Assembly (NCBI GenBank): GCA_001275005.1
Contig: JWZX01003355.1
Location: forward strand, 1 to 36,509
Direction of reading: 5' to 3'
Length of the DNA: 36,509 nucleotides
Source: Chrysochromulina tobinii
Lineage: Eukaryota
Shown here in pieces: positions 12,001 through 24,000 of this stretch; the stretch's first letter is position 1; every line of letters begins with the position of its first letter. A model generated the notes under the pieces. It had not been told where the DNA came from. It saw nothing but the letters and a program-made list of their open reading frames with translations, and did not search any database. The translations under genes were made by a program, and so were the position numbers.

Positions 12001-15000
12001 TGAAGGCGTCGTCCGGTGTGACGCTGAAGAGCGAGTACGGGCTGCTGAGTATGCACGGGTAGCTGAGGACGCCGGTAGAGTCGCACTGCGGGGGCAGGCG
12101 CGTCGCGCCCCGATCGGACGCACGGTCGAGCCCGATCACAATCTCCCACTCGAGATTCTTGCGCCGCTCGCGCCCGAGGACGCTCTTGACGCGCGGGAAG
12201 GCATCCGTCGAGTTCTCGCCCACGTTGCCGCTGAGTGGCAGGCTCCGATTGGCTGTGATGGGTCGCGAGTTGCCGAGGGCGGTGCGCACCTCAGCGACGA
12301 GGGTCACAAAGGTGGGGTGCACGACCACCGTGTTGTTCTCGTCGTACATGACCTGGCTGAGGAGCACCACGCTGCCGTTGCCCGCGTCGTCGATGGTGAT
12401 GTCGAAGGCGGTGCCATCCTCGTTCCAGCGGCCCGAATAGGCGTTGCCCAGCGGCGTGCTGAAGTTGAGTAACGAGTCGACGTACTCGGTGCCGCCGCTC
12501 GTTTCGCCGCCACCCTTGTTGGTCGGGCGGTCAAACTTGAGCGAGATCGTGTCGTTCGCGCTGTAGACGGCGTCGAGGTTGTCATAGTCCTCGGCAACGA
12601 CCTCGACAAACACGGGCGCCTCGGGTAGCTGTCCGAAGTCGCCGACGAGGCGCACCGGCGGCGGCGTGAACGGCATCAGGCACGAGGCCTCGGCCACGGA
12701 CGCTGGACATCCGGCGCTGTTGCGCAGCCGCACCGCATTCGAGCGCACCGAGGGGAACACGCGGGTGGCGCCCAACTCGACGATGCCCGCGCCGGTCGAA
12801 TCCTCGATCTCGATGATAAAGGTGGACGTGTCGTTCCAGCTGCCCGCGTATGCGGCGCCGAGCGGCGTCGTGAAGCCAAACGTACGATCGACTGCGTCGC
12901 GTCCGCCCGTCGGTCCGATCGTCGCTTGGTCTACCGGTCGGTCGAGCACGATCGTGATCACGTCGCCAGGCCCAAAGACCTCATCGCCATTCCGAGGGTC
13001 CTCGATGCGGAAGCTCACGATGTTTGGGGCCGAGAGGGATCCGAACTGCCCTTGCACCTTCAGCACCGCGTCAGCCGCGGCCGAGGTGCGCGCACGGTTG
13101 CGCAGGTCGCCGGTGTTGCCATCGGTGTCGAGATCGACCCCATCGCCGCGCGCTTGGACGAGGGTCCGGCGCCAGTACGCCTCGGAGACGTTGAGCATCG
13201 TGACCGGGCGCACGTTGTCGTAGCAATTGGGCGGCGCCGCGGTGCCGCTCAGCTGGACGCACGCAAAGTGCGCCTCGGGCAAGCTCGAGAGGGAGGACGC
13301 GGGCTTCAGGATCGAGATGCGCAACGCAGAATCCTCTTCGATCCACTCGCCGCTGTAATCGTCGCCGATCGGCAGGCTGAACCAGAGCAGGTCGTCCACC
13401 CACTGCTTCCCGCCTTCGGGATCGCCTTGGCCTCGATCCGTGGCCATGTCGAAGGTGACGGTGAGCACATCACTCGCGCCGTACGTGGCGTCGCCGTCGT
13501 CAGGGTCGGTGCCAATGAAGGACGAGACCGCAGGTGGCAGCTCGTTGCCAAAGTCGCCCACAAGCAGCGCGACGACGCTGTTCATCGAATCGTAGCAGCA
13601 GCACGCGCTCCCAAGCGCACAGCGCTCCGGCGTGTAGTCGGCGCAGCAGCCGCGGTTACGCACAATGGAGCGAGGGCGCACAGTGGCGAGCCCGACCAGC
13701 ACGTCGCCGTGGCCCGACGGCTCAACGATCGTCATCACGAGCGTGGAGTCGTCGGACCATGCCGCACGCACATCCGCGCCCAGCGGCGCGCTGACGTTGA
13801 GCATGTCGTACGGGCACACGCGCGCGCCCGGCGGCGGCTGCGAGGCCACAGGCGCCCACGTGTCCACGGGGAGGCTGCACGGGTCGCTCGAGTCCGTTGT
13901 GAATCGAGCGCTGCGGCCGCCGCGGTCGGTCGCCAAGTCAAACGTGACTGTGAGCGTGTCGCCGCCGCCGTACACCGCATCGCCATTGTCGAAATCGTGC
14001 GCGGCAAACGAGACGATCATGGGCCCACGTGTCTTGCCATAATCTCCCGCGAGCGGTGGGCTGGGCGCAAAGGCCCGGGGCGACGAGCTCGAGCGAGTTC
14101 GAATGGCGGCGGCGTCCTTTGGCTTGACCGTCGCGCCGCTGACTGGATCGGGCATCGGCGTGCAGCCTGGGCACGTGGCCTGGAGGATCGTGATGCGGAA
14201 CACTGAGTCGGCGTCGAGCAGCCCGTCCGCGCTGCCCGAGGTCCACTCGCCGCTGTAATCGTACGCAAGCGGCTGCGAGAAGGAGACGAGCCCGTCGACG
14301 AAGGCCTTATCGCCCGATTTGGGCCCGCCGCCTCGATCCGTTGGGCGCGAAAAGTAGAGGGAGACGGTGTCGCCTGTGGAGTAGACATAGTCGAGGTTGT
14401 CGGGGTCGTTGGCAAGCGCCGAGAGCAAGCGGGGGGCGATCCTCGAGCTCAACGAGGTGCGGAGCGTCGCGTTGGCGGTCTCGACGCCGCCGATGCGCGT
14501 GCGCACGGTGGTGACTCCAACGCGCGCGCGCGACGACGCGCGCGCGTGCTCGAGCTCGAGCACGGTGATGAGCAGCCGCGTGCGGCTGAGCCATTCTCCT
14601 CGGTAGCGCGCGCCGAGCGCCGCACTAAAGAGCAGCCCCTCTTGCGCGTGAAAGGTACCGATGCGGTCGTCTGAGCCCGCCGCGGCCCAGGAGCCCCCCC
14701 AAAAGGAGGCGCTCGAGTTCTCGTTGACGAAATAGTGGTGCCACACCTCGCCCGGAACGTGCGCGCTCGTGTTGAACTCGAGGAGCAGAGTCGCGTTCGC
14801 GCCAAAAGAGCCGTCGGGGCGCAGCCCGCCGTGGCCCGCATGGAGCAGTTGGAAGGTGGACACGTGCGGCAGCTTCGGCGGAGGCGGGGCGTCGGTTTCT
14901 GGCGCCAGGAGTTCTGCCGGGTCGCCCTCGAGCGTGACGAGCTCGTTGGTGGACGCAGGGAGGTTGCCTCGCTCGTTGTACAGGACGGCCATCCCAGTGA

Positions 15001-18000
15001 GGTTGGCGACGGTCACGCCGACCGTGGGCGTGAGCTCTGCGGAAGTATTGACGAATTGCTCGAGGATCGTCACCTCGAACACGGTCGAGTTCCGCCACTC
15101 CCCCCAATACGAGCCGCCCAGCTGCACGGAGAAGCCGAAGAGCTCATCGACCGACGCCTTCGCCGCCTCGCGGGTCCACTCGGCCGCCGTCGTGCCGTTG
15201 GCGCCGCAAAAGGAGCATGTGCGGTTCGTGGGTTCGTCAAAGTGGAGGGAGTAGTAGACGGGGCCGGGCACGGACCCAAAGTATTGGCGTGCGCGGCGCG
15301 AGACGAAACTTGAGAGCCGCGGCCGGCGCGCCCGCCCAAAATGGCCCTGCAACACAACGTTCGTCTGGTTGAGAGGCTCGGTCAGGTTCAGCCGCCCGCC
15401 GCCTGCGTCGTAGAAGGAGCGGATGGGCTTGAGCACCGTCACCACCGTCTGGTTGATCAACGGCAGCTCGTACCGCGTCTCCGTCACCGTGATCGTGAAG
15501 ACCGAGTCATCCATCCAGGCTCCCGAGTAGCCGACCCCGGGAGGGATGGAGAAGTCAAACAGCGCCTCGACGCGCTTTTGCTTCGCCTCGACCGCGCCCA
15601 GGTCGGTGGAGCGGTCGAAGGCGATCGTGATCTGGTCACCATCCGAGAAGACATAGTCGACGTCATTGCTGGTGGCCGCGCCGGGGTCGCGCACCTCGAA
15701 GCGCTCGAGCAGCGGTGCGCCCGAGTCGGAGATGCCGCCGAGGGCGGACGACGTGACGGCGACGGGCGAGGTGCCGCCACGGTTCCGCAGCGTGCCCACG
15801 AGGGTGACGTTCGAGCGCTGGCGTGGCTCGCAGCCCGCATGGTTGCAGATGCGCAGCTCGCCCCCGAGGGTGTCGAGAGCGCGCACGCGGAAGGTGCGCG
15901 CGTCGGCCCACTCGCCCGTGTAGTCGGCGCCAATCGGCGGATCAAAGCGGAAGAGCTGGTCGACGAAGGCCTTGCCTCCTTCATACGCGCCCAAATTCGT
16001 CCCATGGTTGAATCGCACCGTGATCAAGTCCCCCACGCCGTACACGGCATCGCCATTGTCATAGTCCTCGGCGGTGACGTTGACAATGTACGGCGTCGTG
16101 GACTCGAAGAGCGGGAAGCGCGATCGCAGCTTGAGCTCGTCGAGCGAGGCAGGCGCCATGCCGGCCGAGGCGCGCGAGCGCGAGGTGCGATCGCGGATCG
16201 CCGCGTGGAGTGCGAGCGTCACCTTCTCTGTTCTCGCCACCGTCGCTGTCATCGCTGAGGAGACAGAGATGGCCTCGATGACGAAGGTGGAGTCGTCCTT
16301 CCACTGGCCCTGGTAGTTCAGCCCCACGGGCATCGAGACGCTGAAGAGCGAGTCGACGTACGCCGAGTTGCCCGCGACGGCGCCGCGCCCTCGGTCGGTC
16401 GCCTGGTCGAAGACGATCGAGATTTGATCTCCGGCGCCAAAGGTGGAGTCGCCGTGGTCCGGATCGTCGACGGAGACGAGCACGATCGAGGGAGTCACTC
16501 CGAACTCGGCGCGGAAGGGCGCGAAGCGATCGTCCTCCGACGCGACGATCGGGCCGACGAACGAGTTCGCGCCGTTGCACTTGCGCGCCGTGCTGAGCCT
16601 GCACCCCTGGTTGCGGACCCGCCCCTGCGTCTTGACGAGAATGGCGCCGAGCTCACTGTTGAGCTGCGAGCCCGTGCCGTCGACGATGCTGATCACGAAG
16701 GTCGAATCGTCCGTCCACTCGCCTTCGTACGCGTCGCCGATCGCGACCGAGAAGTTGAACCAGGTGCTCACCACGGCGGCGGGCACCCGTTTCCCGATGT
16801 CGTATGGGCACACGCCCCAGGGCGCAGCGACGGCGGGCGGGGTGGCCGATTGGCAGCCGAGGTCCGTCGCCCGGTCAAATGTGAGGCGGATCACGTCGCC
16901 GAATGCGACCGTTGCGTCGCCAAAGTCGGGGTCCTCGCCCACGACCGAGACGAGCACCGGCGGCTCGTCGAGGCCGCAATCTCCCGTGAGCACGGCCGAG
17001 ATCTCATTGAGCGGCTCGGAGGTGCCCGCGAGATTTCGGATCACGAGCGCGTCTCGCGGGCGCACCTGATGAGGGAGGCAATCAGAGGTCATCAGAGGCA
17101 ATCAGAGCCCGTCCATCTGGAGCGTCTCGCGGGCGCACCGTGCACGTGTTATTCGGGTGCACGTGCCCGTCAGCCAAAAAGGGCGGGAGCGACCGGTAGG
17201 AGGGCTCGAGGATGGTGATCTGAAAGATGGAGTCGTCGAGCCACTCGCCACTGTACGACTGGCCGAGCTGTGCATTGAACGCGAAGAGCGAGTCGACGTA
17301 CTCGCGGTCGCCCGAGTACCTGCCGAGCATGGTGCTATTGGAGCGATCGGTCGCCATGTCGAACGTGATGCGCAGCTCGTCGCCGGCGCCGTAGGCGAGA
17401 TTGATGTCATTCGGGTCGCTCGCAGAGAACTCGATGATCGTCGGCGTGCCCACGGGGCCAACGCTGCCCGTGATGGGCCAGCGTCGGATGACGGGTGGCG
17501 TGGTCGCGTAGTTGTTGAAGAACGTGAGGTAGTCCTCGCACTGTCGCGTCGTGACGCGCGACCACGAGTGTGGGTAGCGCGGCCCGAGCATGCGGCCGTA
17601 ATTGTCGAGGCCGCTGTTGCCAAATTGGTCAGTGGTCCGCGGCACGCTTGGCGGCGAGGGCTCGCCGTAGGCGCACGCCGACACGGTGACGCCCCCGTAG
17701 CCACACACGAGCATCGGGGCCTGAGAGGCCGAGAAGGACGTGGTGACGAACCAGGAGCCCGAGCGGAAGTTGGGCGGCTCGGCGCGGCTACCGAGCAAGT
17801 TCGAGTCGCACAGCCAGGGCATGGGGAGCGTCGCATTGAGGATCGTGATGACGAGCGTCTGGGGATCCTCCCAGGTGCCGCTGTACTCGGCGCCCAGGCC
17901 ATTGTACTCGGCGTCGATCGGGACCCCGTCGCGCACGCGAGCGCGCTCGCACCCCGGATTGCACGGCGTACAGAATGTGAGGTACTTATCAATGTCCCAT

Positions 18001-21000
18001 TTGGTCGAGACGGGCGGCCTCGCCGTGTCGAGGTTGAAACGGACGACCACCTCGTCGCCCGCGCCGTACACGCCGTCCGCATTGTCTGGGTCGCGAATGG
18101 ACGCAGAGCGCACCTGATGATGGAGGCAATCAGCACAATCAGCATGCAGTCTGCCGACGGCCGTGGAGAGCATGGGTCGCCAACGGACGCGGAGCGCACC
18201 ATCGGGCCCGCGTAGCAGTGCTGCATCGCAAAGTCTCCCCATGGGCTACCCGAGGTCGCCGAGGCCAATGGGCTGTTGGAGGCGGCCTTGAGGCCGGCGC
18301 TCTGCTTGACGGAGACACGGAGCCGGAACCCCTGCCCCTGTGGGATGTTGTACGTCTGGGCGGCGCCCGTGGTGCCGCCCATAGCGCGCTGGTGCGGGCA
18401 TGAGATCAGGACGTTATTCGCATCCCTCCGGCCGCATTGCGTCGCGTCGGGCATCTGCTCGCTCGGGATCGTAGCATTGAACTCGAGCGGCTCGATGACG
18501 AGCGTCATCGCGTCCGTCCAATTGGCGCGAAGGCGCGAGCCGAGGGTCCACTCGTCGGCCGTTACACTAATGGACTGGGCGATGAACGTCGCGCGGAACT
18601 CAAAGATCTCAAACAGGCGCGCCGCGTTGAGCGCCCCCTCCTCGTGCCCCAGCCGATTCGTCGGACGGTCAAACGTGAGCACGAGCTGATCGTGCACACT
18701 CCACGAGCCCGAACCGTCCATGTCGCCCACGTACGCATCGAGCAGCAGCGGCGCCGAGTGATCGCCAAAGTCGCAGAAGGGCTGCCCTTCGCACAAGCGA
18801 GGGTTCACATTCGTGCCAAACCGGCGGCCGATGAACGGGGGCGAGGCCGACTCGAGGCGGGAGGGCGTGTACGGGCCCAGCAGGTCCCACCTGTCATCAG
18901 GGGAGGTCATCACGGGAGGTCATCACGGGCGGTCATCAGGGGAGGTCATCAGGGGAGGACATCAGAGGTCATCAGAGGTCATTAAGGGATTCATCAGGTA
19001 ATCAGGGGAGGTCATCAGGGGAGGTCATATCAGGTAATCAGGTACCGATTGCGGAATCGCGCCTCCCGGCTCGGCGTGACGCGCATCGTGCCCAGCTGGG
19101 ACTGCGTGAGCGCGGCTGGGTTGACGCCCGGGCTACCGTCGAGGATTGTGATCACCACGCGCTCAGGTTCGTTCCACGCGCCGCTGTAATCCAGCCCGAG
19201 GCCGCAGCTGAAGTCGAAGTACCGGTCCACCCATCGTTTATCGCCCTGGAAGGCGGGTAGCAACCCACGATCGGTCGGCATCGAGAAGCGCAGCTCGAAC
19301 GAGTCGAAGGCGTCGTACACCGTATCGGCGTAGTCGACGTCGCGCACCACGAAAGCGGCGATCCGTGGTGCGCCCGCCTCCCCGAAGGAGCCACGGAGCG
19401 GCGGTGAGGTCGTGTTGCTCAGATCGGAGATGCCACCTCGGAAGCGGATCGGGCGCTGTGTGCCAGCGGCGTGACGCGCCTGCACGACCGTATCGCCGAG
19501 GGCGAGCCCAGAACCGAGCGGATCGAGCAGCGTCACTACAAATGTTGACTCGTCCGCCCAGGCACCCGAGTAGCCGTTGGGCGCGCCGCTCAGCGCGACG
19601 GCGCTCGACTGGTTCAGCCAGGCAGCCGGCGACTGGGAGGGCACAAAGTCGGCATCCTCGGGGCAGCTGCCCACGGGCCGATAGTAGAGCTCAGCTCCAG
19701 CCGGGCCAGCACGTATGAAGCTCTGGTGCGTCACGAGGCCGGCGAGGCCGAACGCTGCGAGCTCAACGCTCGTAAAGGTCAGCTGCTGCGCCCGGAGCCT
19801 CGCCGCCAGCCCCGCGTTGATGAGTTCCATCCCCCCACTTGGACGAAATGGCCCCGCGTCGAACCAGGCCAAGCCGAGCGTCGAGCTGCGACAGAAGCGG
19901 AAGAGTGAGTCCACATACGCGTGGTCACCCGAGGTGGCGCCGCCACCCACGCCGCTCGCCCACGGCTGCGGCGGCGAGACGCCAAGATCGGTCGGACGAT
20001 CGAAGGTGATGGTGAGCGTATCTCCCGCGTCGAGACCGGGGGCGGAGTTATCCTCGTCGGCCGCGACGAAATCGACGAGGCGCGGCGGCGGTCGCCGGCC
20101 GCGGTCGCCCGTCAGCCGGTTCGAGCTGCGCGCGGAGGCCCCGGAGCTCGAGCGCAGGTGGATCGCGGGCGCCGCAAACGTGGCGCCCGAGACGGCGCGC
20201 CCGCCCCGCGTGTCATGGAGCGTGATGACGAAGCACGGATGAAGGGTGGTAGTGCCGCCGTCGGCGCAGTCATCGGACTCGCCGTCGCGCCACGCGCCGG
20301 TGTAATTCGCCGCAATCACGGCGGAGAAGCCGAAGAGATGGTCAACGTACGCCTTGCCTCCCGAGCTCATCTCCGAGCCGCCGCCCCGGTTCGTCGCCAT
20401 GTCAAAGTGGAGCACCATCGTGTCGCCGTCGGTGTAATTCGTCGCGTTCGCGGCGACGACGACGGTGAAGCGCGTGATGGCGGGTTCGCTAAAGACCCCA
20501 GCGTCGCCGGTGATGGTGACGGTCTGGTTGTTCGCGTCCAGCAGGTCACTCGCCGCGTTCTTGATCTGATCCGTGGTGACGGTGACCGTACTCGTCCCCG
20601 GAGCGAGCGCACCGCCCGACGGGTTGATGATGGTGATGATGTAACGGCTGGGCGTGGCCCAGACACCCGAGTACTCGACCCCGAGAGGACGACTGAACGC
20701 AAAGAGCGCATCGACGGCCGCGCGGGACGAGTTGGCGCCCGGGACGACGATGGTCGGCGTGTTCGTCGGGATGTCGAACTGGAGGATGAGGACGTCGCCG
20801 ACGCCGTACACGTCATCCCCATTGTCCACGTCGTCGAGCGTCGCGGAGAGCAGTCTGGGGAAGGTCGGCACGCCGAGGTCGCCCGTGAGCATGGGCGAGG
20901 TGGTGTTGGCGTAATGGAGCGTGCAATCATGCAAGCTCGAGTTGACAATGGACGGGTTCGTGAGCAAGTTGACATAGTCGTCGGGCCAGCCTCGCTCGAG

Positions 21001-24000
21001 GTCCATCAGGTTGGAGCATGTCTTGGCCGTGTAGTTGAGATTGGTGATGCCGCCGGAGGGGCGCGCCGTCACATTGAGCTCGCCAACGCGCGGTGGGAAG
21101 ATCTGCGACCCTTCCGCGTCGACGATGGTGACCACGAACGTCGAATCGTCCTTCCATTCGCCCGTGTAGTCGGCACCGAGCGGGTGCGAGAACTCGAACA
21201 GAGCGTCGACGAGCGCCTTGCCGCTCAGCGAGCTGCTGCCCAGCGGGTAGGGGACCACCTCGGGCGGGCCGCCCTTGACACCCGCGCCGTTGGCCGGATA
21301 CACGAGCGTCGACGGCTGCTGGTAGTTGCTGTGCGTCACGCCCCGGTTCGTCTGCTGGTCGAAGACGATGGTGAGCACGTCGCCGGACGAGAAGACGGCG
21401 TCTCCATTATTCGGATCGTCGGCGACGAAGCGGATGATCCGCGGCCCGTCGCCCGCCCTTCCAAAGTCGCCTTCCAAACGAGGCAAGCTTGCGAGCGCCG
21501 GCGTGCCATCAGTGAGCATCGTGCTCGCGTCCAGCCGCGCTGCGGAGCCGCTGAGGGTGGGCGCGAGGCAGTAGGGGGTGCCTCGGAACTCTGCCGGGCA
21601 CGAGAGAGACTGCACGCGCACATCGCGACGGAGTGCGACGCGCGTGCCAGAGTCCGCAAAGGCGGTGCCGTAAGGCCTGTAGCTGGGGGCGAGGATCCCT
21701 GGCTGCGGCGCGGCCGAGCCGTTGATGACCGTGACGAGGAAGGTGGAGTCATCGAGCCAGCCGGTCGAGTACTCGTGGAAGAGAGGCTGCACGATGCGAC
21801 TGCCCGACGCGTCGAAAAAGTCGAAGAGACGCGCGAGCTGGGTGTTGAAGAAGCCGTTGCCCGAGCACTGCGACGAGAAGTCACAGTTGAGGACTCCCGA
21901 GTACTCCGCGAAGGCGTTGGCGGCGCGGTCGGTGGGCACATCGAAGCGAAGCGCGATCGTGTCCCCTGCTCCGGGGATGAGGTCGCGGTTGACGAAATCG
22001 GACGCGATCACCTCCACGAGCCGTGGCGGTGTGGGAAAGGTCTCGACGCGCTCGGCGACACCGAGGAGCGCCGCCTCCATGACGAGCAGCGGCGCCGTCT
22101 GCGCCAGGTTCGTCATGTTCGCCTCACGCGCAATCCGTAGCATCGTGTCATACGGCCGCGGCGCGTACTCCGGATCGGGATACGGCTCCGTCACGGTCAC
22201 CACGAACGTCGAGCCGTCGGACCAAGCGCCGCTGTACTGGGCGCCCAGCGGGGCCGAGACGCTGATGAGCGAGTCAACATACTCCTTGCCGCCCGATCCG
22301 CGCTGTGCACAGAAGGGCAGGTTGTTCACAGAGAGGGCCTGCTGCAGGCATCGGCCAGGGAGCACCGCGCGGTCGAATTGCAGCACGAGCTCATCGAAGG
22401 CATCGTAGCTCGCGTTCGCGTTGTCGCGGTCATGTATGAAGAAGCGTAGCAGGGAGGGCGCCGTCTCGTTCGCGCCAAAATCGCCCACGCTCAGCCGGTA
22501 CGATGCACTCGAGAACTCGGACGTGCGCGGCGCGTTCTGCAGCCGGCCGGCGACGGTGACGAGGGCGCCCGAGGAGCCACCCACGCGTGGACCAGTGCCT
22601 GCACCGGTAGGATCGAGGATGGTGACGACAAAGGTGGAAGTGTCGAGCCACGCGCCGCTGTAGTCGGCTCCGAGTGGCTCGGAGAAGGCGAGCGTCGTGT
22701 CCACGAACGCCCTGCCGCCCTCGCGCCTGCCCAAGTCTGTGGGGAGGTCGAACTGGATGGCGAGCGTGTCGTTGCGCGACCACAACGGGTCCTTGAGGTC
22801 CCACGTCTGCGAGTCGTACCGGATGATCGAGGGGGGGGTCATCGTGCCGGGATTGCCCGTCAGCGCCGAAGTGGCGCGGCACCAGCGCGAGCGCTCGTTC
22901 GCGGTCTTGATGTCGCCGGCGACCGAGACTGTGACGGCGCCCAAGACGGCGCCCGGGCTGGACGGCATCGTGTGGCCACTCACGTCGACCATGGTGATGA
23001 GGAAGGTGAGCGGGTCGAGCCAGCGACCGTTATAGCGCGCACCGAGCGACTCGCTGAAGCGGAAGAGCCGATCGACCAGATCGCGATCTCCCGCCTCGGT
23101 TGCGAGCTCGTCGTACCTGATGAGGGAGGCACTCAGAGGTCATTCGAGGCACCCAGAGGTCATTCGAGGCACTCAGAGGCAGTCACGCCAGCTTCTTGTC
23201 GTCGTACCCCTCGACCCTCGAGATAGCGCGATTCGTTTCCGAGTCGAACGTGATCGTGAGTGTGTCGCCGTCCGAGAAGACGACGTCGCGATTGTCAGGG
23301 TCCGCGAGTACCGCAGACAAGATCTTAGGCGCGACCACCCCGGCCTCACCCGTCATCGAGAGGAAGCCCGCGGAGATGGGCGAGGTGCGCGGCGTGTTGC
23401 GAAGGTCTCCTGCAATAGTGAGGGTGGAAGTGAAGCCGCCGCCCCACAAGCAGCGTGCGACCTGCGGCATCGAGGGGAGCTCGGTCAATCCAGATCCCAT
23501 CCAGATCAATCCAGATCCCATCAAGATCAAGGGCAAATCGAGGATAGTCAAGGTCAATCAAAGGGACTCACCTGCGTCATCTCCTGTTGAGAGAGGGGCT
23601 GCGACTCCGACACAAACGCAGCCAAGCCCCTGCCCGTGAGCGTGACACGTGTCCCCCCGCGCTTGGGCCCCGCCTCGGGCGTGATGCCGGAGAAGACGGT
23701 CGGCTGCACGTAGTACGTGTAATCGAGGCCGGTGTCGATGTACACGGCGTCGTCGCTCGAGAGCAGCAGATGCACGTCGCCACTCTGACCGACGGGCGGC
23801 GTGGCGCAGAGGAGCCGCTCCCTGCTCACCTGTGGGGATATGGCGATGGCGCCGTGGTGAGCACTTGCATGCAGGCGTGGCGCAGAGGAGCCGCTCCCTG
23901 CTCACCTGCAGCACCGGCATCACCACCTCGCGCGAGCTGCCGAAGCGGCAGAAGGCGATAGGGCCCGCATCGAAACCAAAGCCGCGGAAGGTGACGAGGG

